Shown: positions 25,783 through 38,840, counted from the whole stretch's first letter. The stretch: 51,825 bases of DNA, filler included, from Squatina squatina (GCA_031763465.1; 3 parts of 3 records of this genome joined end to end with filler, not necessarily neighbours in it), one strand, 5' to 3'. Made by a program: numbers and translations. Notes: generated by a model not told the origin, from the sequence alone.

Positions 25783-26563
25783 TGGGGGTGAAATCGTCCC
25801 TTTTTATAGCCCCTTTAGTGCCTCTGGCGGCTGCTAACGGGGCACAAGACATTTTTTGCCAGGGAGGCGGGGCGCTACTACCTCCCTGGAAATTGCTCGG
25901 GAGTTTGAGGAGGCACTGCCCCACTGTTAGCGCCCCGGACCGTCGCGCAACCGACAATGACATCATCGCCATGCATTGCAACCCCTTAGCGTCGTGCGGC
26001 AACCCCTTTCCAATCCGCAGCAGATATTGCACTATGCCCCACGAGGCTGCCGCGAGCGGTGTCATCGCCAGCCTCGCGGGTTGCGAAGCGGGCTGACATT
26101 CACTTGTGGGGCGGAAGTCAAAAGGGACGTCGGGAACACCCTGCACCGCTATCTTGGTTGTCTCGCCGATTCACTGGTCAGCCCAACTTCTTCTCCCCTT
26201 GTGTGATCGAGGCCGCTATTTTGCAGCCCAGCACTCTGTTTTGGGTGCCTGGCTCCTGCCTCAACATCATGCCACCCTGTTGGCTTAAAGGAGACCATCA
26301 GAGGCCCAGCAGAATGCGCAGCGGCAGTCCCTTTTAAGAGAAGGGGAGAGGCGTTGAACCACGTCAGCGCGACATGGGGCATCCGTGTAGCGCTGCCAAT
26401 CACGCCCCAGCATCGCCCGGAACTCAATCCAAGAGGAAGTGGAGTGTGCAAGATTGCGCTCTACTTGCTCTATGGGGCGGTAACCGCAATTTCATGGCCA
26501 GGGCGGGAATTCTGCATTGGGCAGTTACCACCCCTAATCAGGGCTCTGGGGAATTTCTCCACC
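25783..26563. mobile_element. CpG-rich non-autonomous TIR element (~780 bp, Harbinger-like)
   Basis: Left GGGGGTGAAATCGTCCC vs reverse complement of right end GGTGGAGAAATTCCCC. Homologous blocks to 2072-2446 and 28252-28560. Sharp GC boundaries. Confidence 0.65.
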
Positions 26564-28251
26564 AAAATCTTGTACACAGCCCAGGATAATGTTATTGAAA
26601 TTCCACAAGGCTACTTATGCTGCTACTGCACCGCTCAGATGGAACTTGTGCCNNNNNNNNNNNNNNNNNNNNNNNNNNNNNNNNNNNNNNNNNNNNNNNN
26701 NNNNNNNNNNNNNNNNNNNNNNNNNNNNNNNNNNNNNNNNNNNNNNNNNNNNNNNNNNNNNNNNNNNNNNNNNNNNNNNNNNNNNNNNNNNNNNNNNNNN
26801 NNNNNNNNNNNNNNNNNNNNNNNNNNNNNNNNNNNNNNNNNNNNNNNNNNNNNNNNNNNNNNNNNNNNNNNNNNNNNNNNNNNNNNNNNNNNNNNNNNNN
26901 NNNNNNNNCTGTGCAATAACATACCACTGAAAGTTTATTAAATTAAATAAAGAAAGAGTTCAGAAGTACTAGGGATCACTCAGCGCAAAGAACTCACTCC
27001 TTCTCTCTCTCCCCCTCTCTCACTGGAACTGTCCACATGCGACACAAGCACCACCTGCAGCTTGGAGTACTTTGGTGGCCAACCAGTGGGCAGACTTCTT
27101 AATACCAGCTCCGGTCTCTACCCTCAAAGCATCCTGGGTAATTTCAGGGTGGCAATCCTCTCATGTTTATTTCATAAAAGAGCCCATGTATCTTACTGAA
27201 CTCCTTGCACACAGAATTGTAATTACCAGCATATCAGCACCTACATACAGTATAATTATAGCTGGTTTTCCTCGCTTCATTATGCATCTCCCACCAAGCT
27301 GTAAAAGGTCATCAGTATTCAGCTAGGTGAATTATTTAGCAGCCTTGTTACTTTTACTTTACCAGATATAAAGATATATGTTTATCACTTGTAAAAGCAG
27401 TATAAGCTGAGCAATTTAATTTAAAATAAAATACACACATGCATATCAAATCAAATCAATGCCTAAATACAATTAAGCAGGAGAGTTGGTCATAAACTAG
27501 TGTTTTGCTTATGGTTTACAAAAGACCTTTGGTTTTGCTGCTGGCATTTATCAGAGACAGTTGGCATCACAGTGTACAACATGTAGTAACAGCTCAATAC
27601 AGCAGCCTGCACACTACAGTGGGCAGCCACTGTACCAACAAATGCAAACACAAACACGGAGAACCTTCAGCCAAACTACAGCTATATAAAAAGGGTGTCT
27701 ATTCAAATTACTTCAAGACACAAATGAGGCATCACACCCTGTTTGGGTTAAAAGCCGTGTCACAGCACAAGGAACAGCAAATAAAAAGTTTGCTTCAGTT
27801 TCTGAAATTATGTTTTTTCAAAAGCAAAATAAAAGCAAGTCAAACCAAAAACAGAACAAAAAAAATTGCCTCAAATTTTGTTTAAAAAAAGTGTTGAATA
27901 CGCGTTTTTACATCTTGGTGTACCTGGTTTTCAAAAAACAAATGCNNNNNNNNNNNNNNNNNNNNNNNNNNNNNNNNNNNNNNNNNNNNNNNNNNNNNNN
28001 NNNNNNNNNNNNNNNNNNNNNNNNNNNNNNNNNNNNNNNNNNNNNCACTCTCCCAAAAATAAACTAAGTCGAATGCAAACTCTGATCTCCCTAATCATTG
28101 TCCAGTATTGCAGTGTCTCAACTAATGTGCTTTCCAGTTCTTAAATGTGAGGTTATTTTAGGATTTTAGTTTCAAGCTTATGTTCATTTTAGAAATCGAT
28201 TCATCTATAATTATAACTACAAAAATAATGAAAGATCATGTTGAAGTATTG

Positions 28252-28560
28252 TGGGGCCAAAATTGATCTCCTGTAATGCCCCATTAGCACCTCAGAGGGG
28301 CGCTAATGGGAAATTAGAGGAAAAATTGGCGCCGGGAGGCGGCCATCTCGCCTCCCGGGAAATTCAGCTGGGGTGCAAACGCCTGTGCACCTGGCCAGCT
28401 GAAGTTCGCGGCGGATCGGCGCGTGATGTTTTCAAAACGCGCACCGACTTGCACCGCACAGCCGCAACGCCCTTCACGCTCCGTTTGCATCCTGTGGGCC
28501 TGTTAAGGGGGAGGGCCTGTGCCGACGGTGTCGACCGACTTTGTAGTTCACAGGGTAGTG
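28252..28560. mobile_element. CpG-rich TIR-family element, one end only
   Basis: GGGGCCAAAATTG terminus matching 11082-11137. Subterminal hairpin shared with 25859-25889. Confidence 0.65.
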
Positions 28561-28649
28561 TCAATTTTAAATGATTTTTGCATTTGCATCGTAAAGAATA
28601 GAATATAGCTTTCATTGTTTGTAATCTAAATCTTAATCCACAATAAATT

Positions 28650-28767
28650 TTCTATATTACAATAGTGACTACACTTCAAAAGTATTTAATGGGCTGTAAA
28701 GCGCGTTGGGACGCCCGGAGGTTGTGAAAAGCGCTATGTAAATGCACGTTCTTTATTTTCTTTCTTT
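28650..28767 (+). mobile_element. 3' tail of SacSINE1-like SINE
   Basis: ATTACAATAGTGACTACACTTCAAAAGTATTTAATGGGCTGTAAAGCG...GTGAAAAGCGCTATGTAAATGCA(TCTTT)n aligns with the reverse complement of 16055-16160. Confidence 0.8.
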
Positions 28768-30339
28768 ACCTGACAGCAAGATTGAAAGGCATTGTGCTGT
28801 AGCAGGTAAGAAACCAATGAAATATCAACTCGGTCATATACTTTAACAATATTTCCTATGATGCACGTAACACCTGATATAATAAATTTATAATATAATT
28901 AATAATATTAAATGTCAGACTTTTAAAATCCTACTTATATCTACAAAGTGGTGGAATTAAAGATCAAGGCATTTAGATATACTGCTCATAATGCATTCAG
29001 TTTTAATTTTTCAAAATTAAAAATGGAAATGAAGAGTCAGTATGGTGGCTTGGTGCATTGGTGGTCCAATTAGATGCATTACTCAATTGTAGAGTGAGCC
29101 AATGATTCACCTCAGGGTAAGTTACTTGTCTTGGGCACCAAACAGGTGCAAGGTGTCTAAGAGTAGACAAGGAGAGGAAAATATAAAGATCAAAGGCTGA
29201 GTCACACTGGTCTACAGTACTACATCCATCATAAACCTGATCAAGAGAAGCACTGGAAGACGCCCTGACCCAAATCGCCCACCCTACATTCCCTCTTAGT
29301 CAAGAGCGTGTGTTTGGTATAGATAGCTTAAACAGACGGAATCAATAAAAAAAAAACTAAAATACAAATAATAATTGTAAAAATATGTATTTTTAAAAGG
29401 AAAACACTCCTAAATGTATAATATGCATTCTGCTTCAAATGAAGATCCTATTTTAAAAGGTTGCAATGCATGTTAATGTAGAAATATGCATTTTATGAAT
29501 TTTACACTGGAACTTCAACATTTTCCTACATTCCTGAATTTTGTTTATCATTTATGTATTGATGGGGAAATTGGCACAAATGATTAACATATATTGTTGG
29601 AACCTAATTTAAAAGTCCTTATGTGATTAATAGTACACAAATCTTCAAGTTAACATCTCTCAATCTGTGAATGAAATTGGATTTTATATGCACATTATAC
29701 ATTACAATAATGTTGTAAGAAATGTAAAATTACAGTATTCATATCACTCTAGTTCTCAAATCTAAATGTTCTTCGCTAATCTGTGTTTCAAGTAAAAAGC
29801 AATTGTACAGGAATCAGTGTTTCTGTGCAACCAGAATTTTGAGAGTTATTGTAATGAGCCAGGCGCACTGCGGCAAAAAGTCATGCTCATAACAGGTTGC
29901 ATCCCTCCAATGAAGATAATTACTTGACTGGATACTCTCTGTCTGAGATAAAAGGAAGCTGCTCGTACTTCTGCTTGATCCTGGAAGCAATATGATTAAA
30001 AATTCCCAGAAAACCGAAGCCTTTTGAATGTTTAACGCCACATGAAAGTGAAGTTATCTGTAATCTAGACCTAAAGCATTCCCACTGACAGGAGTGATCC
30101 TGCTGTGTGTCTGTCCTACTCTTCAAATAGCAGGAGAATAATCACTGTCAGTCTATTACTTAAACCTGAATTGTAGCTACAGTCTATTAAAGAAATGNNN
30201 NNNNNNNNNNNNNNNNNNNNNNNNNNNNNNNNNNNNNNNNNNNNNNNNNNNNNNNNNNNNNNNNNNNNNNNNNNNNNNNNNNNNNNNNNNNNNNNNNAGC
30301 TGATTCCCCTGTGAGATTTCAATGGCATCGTTGGGAAGG

Positions 30340-30700
30340 ATGCAATCCTCTGTAAAGGTGTGATCGGCAGGGAGGGAGCATGGAAAGTAAACTCCAGTGG
30401 AGTCCTCCTCCTGACAAAGTGCTTGGAATATGGGACTTGTTATAACCAACATCCTATTCAGTCAGAGAAACAAGTACAAGACCCTTGTTCCAGTCATTGG
30501 CACCTACTAGACTACGTCATAATTCGAGCGAGGGACCGCAAGGATGTCCGCATTACCCGCGCCATGACTGGAGCCGACGACTGCTGGACTGACCACCGCC
30601 TAATCCGCTCTATCATTTCCGTCAACCTGGCCCAAAAAAGACAGGGGCAGCAGAAAAACTGCCGCAGGAAAAGCAGCATCAAAGGACTCAAGGGACTGAT
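30340..30700 (+). mobile_element. RTE-clade LINE fragment (C-terminal part of the APE endonuclease domain)
   Basis: ORF 30360..30737: NSSGVLLLTKC...HWHLLDYVIIRARDRKDVRITRAMTGADDCWTDHRLIRS, matching RTE/BovB-type N.NG..LL, W.H...H.IDY and C.TDH motifs. Frameshifted. Confidence 0.9.
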
Positions 30701-31916
30701 TCAAGCCTTTAGTACAGTTCGCTGTCCAATGACGTAGTCAGTCCTTCATGTAGATTTTACTACACAACAGCTGACGTGTCTCAAGTTTCCTGAACATAGA
30801 ATATTTAATGGAAATGCATTAAAACGAGAAGCACAACATACCACTTTTCTATCATCGTGTCACTCGTTTTCTTGTTGCTATTTGATTAAGTACAAGTCAC
30901 AGAAGATGCAAAACAGGAAAATAGCATTTTCCTTAGAATTTATGGCTTTAAAGTAACTGGAAGACCTAATTTTTTTTCTTTTAAAAAAAGCTACAACTTC
31001 TGATAATCCATGCTAAGAGGAGCTAGTGTCACTAATTCTAGATGGTGATTATCTCCCCGTAATGCTGTAGTTGAAAAGCACAAAAGAAATTGTTTAAACA
31101 CAAAATCTCTGCTGGCTGCACAGGTACTTCGATGACCACAGTGCTTCGAAACACTGACTTACATCCCCCCCACCTCTCCTCCCCTCCCCATTCGCCAGCA
31201 CGATAAACTACTACGAAAGCTGCAGGGCCCATTATGCTAAACGTTGTATGTTACACGAATGCCATTAAAACCAATATACTGCCATGCAAAGTAATAACAT
31301 TCATACCCAGAAATAGGCGTGAAGAGGTTAATAATTACTGTATCCTGTCCTTCCCCCTCACGTATCTGAGTGAATTTAGATGACCAACAATCAATGCTGT
31401 CTCCCTCCCCTCCCCCAACCACTCATGCATCCCCCTTTCCCCTCGCTCCAGTTGCACCTGCAAATCCTTCACCTTCCTTTCATATCCTAATCATCTTAAC
31501 TCTGCTGTTTGAAGTACCCAATCAACCTCTGTATCCTCCCATTCCTCTTATTCTACTGTCACTCGTCTCACTCTTAATCCCACATCCACTCTCCTCCAGC
31601 TCTAATTACATCCATAAGGACGGGTGACGAGAGGCTGGAGGCTCCCCTCACCTTTACCCAGTTTCCATCCTCGCCTACGCCACCTACTGTCTCTTCCAAT
31701 CTATTTCCCTCAAAGTAGCTTAGTTTGCTTTCAAGATTGAACTTTAGAAAGAAGTGGTTAGATCAAAGACAGAAACTACCTATTTGTGTATTTTTCTTTG
31801 TACCTTTGTCTCTTAAATTTTACAAATTTGATCTCTTATCTTACAGATATAAGTGATTAGTACTGTCCAATTCTTTCAACAAAACACAGGTGAGGTCATT
31901 TTGGCTTCAAAATTCA

Positions 31917-32629
31917 ACTGCTCTTCTCCTCTTGTTCTTCCTGCACAGACTAGGCTGGTTGGAGTTCTTGGGTATCTTAAAGGAGAAAGGCACAGGGGTA
32001 GGTTGTGGTGAGGGGAGGGGGGCAGGCAAGATGTGCAAGCTTATACCACTGATAAGTGTGAAGAGATTGTGGGATGAGGGGGAGATGGGATGTGAGAAGG
32101 AGGATTAGGCATGAACATACTGTCTTCATCAATGCTTTCAGCCTCACCGATTGCCACGGTGTCAGTGCCAGCCCCTCCGATGATTTCCAGCACTGCCTCC
32201 TCCAGCTGGGTCAGGTTCTGCAGCCACCAGTTAGCTGCTGCTATCTCCAGTTATGCACCACCTTGGCCTGCAAGAGAAAGTGAAATGTGTCAGTGAGTAT
32301 GGTGCAATGTGTTTGGGTGATGTGACTGTCATTGTTGAATAGCTGGCATTGTGTGCAAGGTGTGAGATATGGTTGTGAGGTTTGCAACAGTGGTAAATGT
32401 GTGAGGGTGAGGTGAAGCTATGATTGCGAGGTATGAGTTGTGATTGATAGAGATTGTTGGTAGGTGAGTAATTGGGGTGTGGTGCATTGAACAGTGTGTG
32501 AGGCTTGTGGTAGTTGGTGGGATATGGCATTTGAAGATGCATTCACTCACCTTGACCACTCGTGTGAGGTCATTTATATTCTTGCGGCATTGAATCCAGG
32601 TCCTGGTGGCAACACATGTGGCAGTAACG
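31917..32629 (-). pseudogene. Spliced Myb/SANT-like (MSANTD/NAIF1-type) gene relic of a PIF/Harbinger transposon, 3 exon pieces
   Basis: Exon 32629-32551 VTATCVATRTWIQCRKNINDLTRVVK then GTGAGT. Acceptor CTTTCTCTTGCAG, exon 32267-32121 AKVVHNWR*QQLTGG/LQNLTQLEEAVLEIIG...IDED then GTATGT. Acceptor TTTCTCCTTTAAG, exon from 31975 TQELQPA*SVQEEQEEKSS. Carries stops and a frameshift. Confidence 0.85.
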
Positions 32630-33695
32630 NNNNNNNNNNNNNNNNNNNNNNNNNNNNNNNNNNNNNNNNNNNNNNNNNNNNNNNNNNNNNNNNNNNNNNN
32701 NNNNNNNNNNNNNNNNNNNNNNNNNNNNNTGAAATAAGGATGGTGGGATATGAAATATCACAGTCACCCTGTTAAGGGAGATTATTTGATCTTTTTTGCC
32801 AGTTTTCTTCCTTCTCTTGAAGGTACTGACTCCTGCTCGGTACGGCTCCATGAATACTAGCAGCCCTTCAGTGCCTCCTTCCTGTGTCCACTGCCCATGC
32901 GTGAGGGCTCGCTAGGCTGTTCAGCCACTGAGGGGACTGCAGCCAAGCGTGGTTCTTTGCACACACCCACTTTCCAGCAGAGGTGACTGAATATCAATCG
33001 GGATCAGCAGCTTTCGCTGATTTTTCGCCTACTTGGCCCAGGGATGATGCAACCCACTGCTGTACATCATCCCAATTATCCTCGCTGAGCTTAACTAACT
33101 CAGCACTCTATTGCTTATTTACATTACAACTGCAACATCGGCGGCCAGTGGTCTTGCTTCGCGCCAGTGCTGCAGTTACCGTGCAAAAGGAGCGTATACC
33201 TGCAGTCAGCAACAGGAGTAAAGCACTGAGATTTCCATTTCCCTTTTAAGTCAGTTCAGACCTTCACATTTGATTCATGCTCCAAGCATTGCTGGGAAGC
33301 ACTTTCGATTCCCACAGATGGAAGCATCATGAACTCTGCACTGAATTTGAAAATTTACCATCAGGGATCTCAAGGAACTTTTATGATATTGAATGCTCAA
33401 TTTATCAGGGACTGAACACCGGGGGAGGGATGCTCTGACCCCTGGAGTAAGGAAACCAGCACTGACCAGCTCAGAGATTAATTGAAAGGAAACTAAGTCT
33501 GGGAGGGAGGTTAGTACGGTTTGGTTCAAGCTATATATTAAAAACATATACAGTACTCGCATTAATATAGATGATCTTGTTATAAGTACCCTTGGCATTT
33601 GTACCCTTCCATGGCCGATATTTCATGCCTCTACTCCCACCCAGAGCTGGGGATTTTGGGGTAATTCCCGTTCATCCTGGACCAGCCTTGACTAA

Positions 33696-33827
33696 TGAGA
33701 AGGGTCTTAAGACCTAAAACATCCAGTGACTCACATCATTTCCTCCACAAATGCTGCCTGGCTTGCTGAGTGTTTCCAGTATTTTCTGTTTTTGCTTCAG
33801 ATTTACAGCATCCGCAGTATTTTGCTT
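33696..33827 (+). mobile_element. Penelope-like element terminal repeat fragment
   Basis: GAAGGGTC..GACCTAAAAC...CCACAAATGCTGCCTGGCTTGCTGAGTGTTTCCAGTATTTTCTGTTTTTGCTTCAGATTTACAGCATCCGCAGTATTTTGC, recalled as the abundant chondrichthyan Penelope-type repeat. Confidence 0.65.
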
Positions 33828-36800
33828 CTGTACCTTTGATCCATATTCAAATCTTAAATTCTGTAGCAAAAGAAAAATACATTGACTCCAGTTTTGAATT
33901 ACTCCACCCTCACTTCTTTCACCTTAAGGAGTTAACCTCAGTTTTAATACAGACTGTCATACAAAGAGCTGAGCTGAGCTGATTTGATTTTACACGTGAA
34001 GCTGAAAAAGTACTTTCAAGATGACTTTTATTAATGATTCTTCAAGCATTTTGAAAATTAAATGTCACACTTCTTATAAGATTCCATTCAGATTGCTGTA
34101 AAAGGTGGGCACAGGTCTCGAAAGTGAAACTACTTTCAATGGTCTTGGTGCACTTCATTGTAATTAAACAAGATGTTACACCAGCTATCTCATGAACTAT
34201 AATCTTTTCACTGTAAGTAATGTTTGATGTAATTTTCTTCTTATAATCATTTTACTTCAAGAAGCAAAACATTACAAACAAATTAAATCAATTAAACATA
34301 GCGCTGTCAGCACATGTGAGATGCTCATCATTTATTCAACAAATAGATCACAACCTTTTTTTTTGATGTTCTGTTACTGAAAATGAACTATATTTCTGGA
34401 AGATAGAATAACATCAAAAACAAAAATTGTAACCTTAATTTGCTTTGAGGCATTGGTGCATTAGTACTGTACCTAAAGATTTATGGAGGAGATTTAATCA
34501 GTAGAACCTCACTGATCATGCTAATTCATAAAGGATAGTTATTAGTTCCACAAAATGGAGAAACCCATGTATTAAATGGCTAAATTGCATTTGATTAGTG
34601 GAAATTCTGCTACACCAATGGTTTCTCTGACAACCAGTTTCATAACAGCAAGTCTCTGTTCCATTTAATATCGTTATCATCCATTCAATCTCTCTACAAA
34701 TGAATGGAACTAACACCAGACCATTGTAAAAACTTGTGATACTGCAAACCCCCAATAACTGCTGTGCTACAGCTGAGCTCAAAGCATACTGTATTCTTTG
34801 AAGGCCCATTAATATTGTGCATTTGCACACCCAATCTTGAAGTTGTCAGCGAGCTTACATTGTGAACATTTGCCTTTGAAGGCAGGAAGCACCACCAACA
34901 TTTGTTAACACTCGCTCCTGCCTTTGATGTCAACAGTGTCCCAAAAATAATTTGATTCAGAATGTGTAATCATGTATTTTATGAAGTTCTCGAATGTTTT
35001 TGTTGTTTAAGATAAAGTAAAATATTATCTTTTTTTTAATTTAGCTTTATTTAGAAGGGGTGAATATAAAGCACCTCTGAACACAAGGTCGTACTGAATG
35101 GTGAGAAGACATTGCTGTATGTACAGTTGAAATCTATGGGCTTTGTTTGTAGCTGAGTTTTTTATAGTAATTATCCCTTTTGAATTCTTAGTCTTTCTTT
35201 TTATAATAATTAAATACCAAATTACAAATTGGTGGACAGGCTTGGAAAATTAATAACAAATCGTGTTATTGCAAAAAGCTTATATGAAGTAATACAGTAA
35301 GAGGAGCTGTTAAAAATATTAAAGCCAAATAGCAGCTAATTAAAATGTTAATGGGAAACTGGAGAACAAACTAAAAGTGCATTGCTAAAGTTTACCTACA
35401 ATGTTGCACTGTTCTTACTGTAAAGTAAAAGTTCTGCAGTTCTAAGTACAGAGCTCTTTATCCCAGGAATTATGTGCAGCATAAAACTAGAAATGGCCAC
35501 TCTATAAATAATAACCTTGTGATTTTGTTAGATTGTTTTCCTGCATATNNNNNNNNNNNNNNNNNNNNNNNNNNNNNNNNNNNNNNNNNNNNNNNNNNNN
35601 NNNNNNNNNNNNNNNNNNNNNNNNNNNNNNNNNNNNNNNNNNNNNNNNTAGCTTTCCCTTCAACAAAGCTGCCTACCCTCGCATCCTTCCTGTATCAAAA
35701 AGCTTCCCTTTTTGTATCCTTGTGTTTCTCTTATCTTCTTCTTCACAGACAGAGGTCACTCCCTATTGAAGAAGGGTTGGACTTTGACATTGTAGATGAG
35801 GAGGTCCTGGCTATATTGGTGCCTGCAGCAAAGACAAAGATTCTGTGATATTGCCATAAAGGACAGCTGTAGACCTGAGAGTCGCACCTACCAGCTGCTC
35901 TGCATGTTTAAAGATTGACCTCAGAGCTTCCACATAGGTGTGTGGTGTTCCTCAAATCTCCTTTTTAGGCAATACCCGTGAGTCCTCAAACCTAGAAAAC
36001 AAATTATGAGAAAACTCACCAGCAAACTCTAGGAATACAGCAAAACATTTGTGGTCTTGTGACATAAAATGCTGAAATTCCTCAACTGCGTTGACATCAT
36101 TTCACAGTGGCTGTGGGATAAAATCAGGAAACTTGCCTCAGCTGCTCTTTCGCATGTGGCCAGAGCTATGTAAATGAGCGACAGAATGTTTTGGTGGGTG
36201 TATCGCAGAGGCGTCAAAAAAAATCGAGCAAACTTGCACATAGCGATGTCTTGCTGTAAAAGTGACGTAAATCAGCTACACGCGAGAATCCTTGTTAGAA
36301 AGCCAATCGTACACCATAGCTGCGCCAAAACATATGAGGACATTCCAGGCAATTTATACTACATGTTTAAATTCAACGTACTTTTATGTTCCAGATTCCC
36401 TTTCTGTTGATGTTTTGAGAGAAAAACATTTCCCATTGTTAGTAGATATTGCGTATGAATATACTTTTACAAAGTCCTGTGCATTCTTATTGCAAGGAAT
36501 AAACAGCCAGTGGTAAATTTACACATGTGGTAACATACAGTTACATAATTCATGATGTTTGATACCACTCTATAATTCTGCCATGATTTGATCAGATAAG
36601 AATGATTTGTCTCTCACTTTAAGTTTCTCTTGCATATGGTCCTTGTGTTACAAACAATAGTTATTCTTTACAGTGAAAATCCTGGAATGTTGAAGGGATT
36701 AAATCATCCCGTAAGCATAAAAAAGTGTTCACAGATTTGAGTGGAATTAAATAATTATTGGAATAGTTAAAATGAGACATCAAATGCACTTTTCATTGCC

Positions 36801-37104
36801 ATGTTTAGAAACTATGCAAGACTGGGTAGGGCAGGTCTTCATTTCATCTTTCATATGGCACTCCATCTAGCGATCCAACTGAGAACTGATTAAACCCAGC
36901 CATGGAAAGTGAGTTTGAGTGCCAGATTTAAATTAACAGGCTGCTATCTGTATTTATTTGTTCAAAAAGAAGCTGCATTTTCAGCACAATTAGCGATACA
37001 ATCCATTGAGATGTGCAATTCAAAAGATAGGTGCGAATGGAAAGNNNNNNNNNNNNNNNNNNNNNNNNNNNNNNNNNNNNNNNNNNNNNNNNNNNNNNNN
37101 NNNN

Positions 37105-37158
37105 AGCGCGAAATTCGGCGCTTAGCGCTAGAAACGCAAAAAAGCCGAATTGGGCGCC
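37105..37158. mobile_element. CpG-rich TIR-element end next to a 60-N gap
   Basis: GCGAAATTCGGCGCTTAGCGCTAGAAACGCAAAAAGCCGAATTGGGCGCCC: a CpG-dense island with GAAATT/AATT motifs like the other TIR-family ends. Confidence 0.4.
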
Positions 37159-38740
37159 CAATGTCCTTTACAGCTGTTGTAGTAAATATGTTTTGACTTT
37201 CTGCCAAATAGCAGCAAGTTGAAACTTAGATAAGGGCACAGCAGTTAGAAGTTTAGTCAAATATTTGGCACAAAATGTACTAATACTTAAACGTAAAATA
37301 AATCAGATTTTGTGGCAGCTTCGTTACATTTCCTATGTTCTCCTCTAAGCAAAGGGTGAGTGGAGAGGGGATGAAACATTTCCCCCATTTTTTACCCATA
37401 ACAGTTTCAGGTATCCAGGAGGCATGGCATAGGTCAGATATGATGAGACTGCCTTACACAACCCCAGCCAGCTCTGCCAACAGTAAAGCAGCCCTTCTGC
37501 TACCAGGATGTGATTCCATTCTTGCATTCTGTTCATTTGAATTTTCATTGTTTTGCGAGTTAATCACAAATCTGAGGGCAGTTTTATCTTTTTGACCTGT
37601 ATCTACAAGAAATTAGATTGAGAGGGGATGAACTAATTTTGCTTAGAACCCTTAACAGACGTTCAGACCATCTGTGTGCTTTGGTTTGAACCCAGATCCT
37701 TGTGGTGAAATGACAGTGTTCTAACACATCATGTCAAACTTGCCTATTCCTGCTCTTATAATTCCNNNNNNNNNNNNNNNNNNNNNNNNNNNNNNNNNNN
37801 NNNNNNNNNNNNNNNNNNNNNNNNNNNNNNNNNNNNNNNNNNNNNNNNNNNNNNNNNNNNNNNNNAAAATAAGGGCAAAAAATTTGCACCAACTTTTCTT
37901 GTACACCGTGCTAGAGCTTGGAGGGTAATCCAGGAAATTGCCCTTTATAACCGTCAGGATCTTCATTTCTACAGCATTTTCACCCACTTTATAAGTATAT
38001 TCAGACGCAAGTAGTGCATTGTAAAAAGACTCACCGGATGGAATAATTCACTTTAAAAGAAATTTCTCTTACAAGGGCACATTTAGTGTGATTAGATTTG
38101 CTCATCCTCAGCCAATTCTCAATCCAAACCAGCTACTTATTTAATTAGAAGCTGTGCATGCAATACAAGAAAAATCTATGTTAAATACTTCTATATTTAC
38201 AGAAAGCTGACATTTCTGGAAGCTTAAGGTACTGAACATGCATTCTTAGAAATTCCAAACGGAATGATATAATTTCTGTAGTAAAGGTCCTAATCATTTT
38301 TGATGATCTGCTGTACAAGTTTGATTTCATATGGGGAGAAATAATCATGTTTATCTTCTGTTTACAATTCCTTGTAACCATTAAAATGAGTTCCATTTTA
38401 GTCTGATGTACACTGGGAAGGAGGGATGATTTTTTTTTACAGTGGTACAATTCATAGACTGAGTCAATGAGGCTGAGATGGTTAACTGCTTAAAGAAGAA
38501 ACTCAATAATATCTGGTTAGGAAAGGAATAGGTGTTTAGAGGGATAGGCTTAGATAATCCAATACTCCATGGAACACAATGGATCCCATGCTGTTAGGGC
38601 TGGGGAATATTTATCTGGAGGACAACAGGCTAGGGTTGAAGAGTGGCGATAAATGAATATTCCAGATTTGCATAATAACCTTTGGGAATCAGGGACTACT
38701 TATGTAGAATCTTCACTCAGGAGATTAAATGGGTGATGTA

Positions 38741-38840
38741 NNNNNNNNNNNNNNNNNNNNNNNNNNNNNNNNNNNNNNNNNNNNTTAATTAATTAANNNN
38801 NNNNNNNNNNNNNNNNNNNNNNNNNNNNNNNNNNNNNNNN
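38741..38840. other. Artificial scaffold-joining linker (N44-TTAATTAATTAA-N44)
   Basis: Same structure as 20112-20211. Confidence 0.95.

Noticed and set aside
25772-26589. CpG island or GC-rich gene (cluster of overlapping ORFs)
   Set aside because: Bounded by inverted termini and homologous to other dispersed copies in the window. The ORFs reflect stop-codon scarcity in GC-rich DNA.
26354-26941. Longest ORFs in the track (e.g. 195 aa) and the other X-containing ORFs
   Set aside because: Their length comes from reading through N gaps.
28777-28805. Micro-exon after the SINE tail (..CTGACAG|29 nt|GTAAGA)
   Set aside because: The polypyrimidine tract is just the SINE tail, and 29 nt is not frame-preserving. 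No supporting evidence.
29920-30126. Minus-strand coding exon (GVKHSKGFGFLGIFNHIASRIKQKYEQLPF...)
   Set aside because: No recognisable protein family and no convincing splice acceptor. It cannot be supported without a search.
35830-35991. Minus-strand exon after the acceptor TTTTCTAG
   Set aside because: All three frames hit stops before the candidate donor, and the peptides are not recognised.
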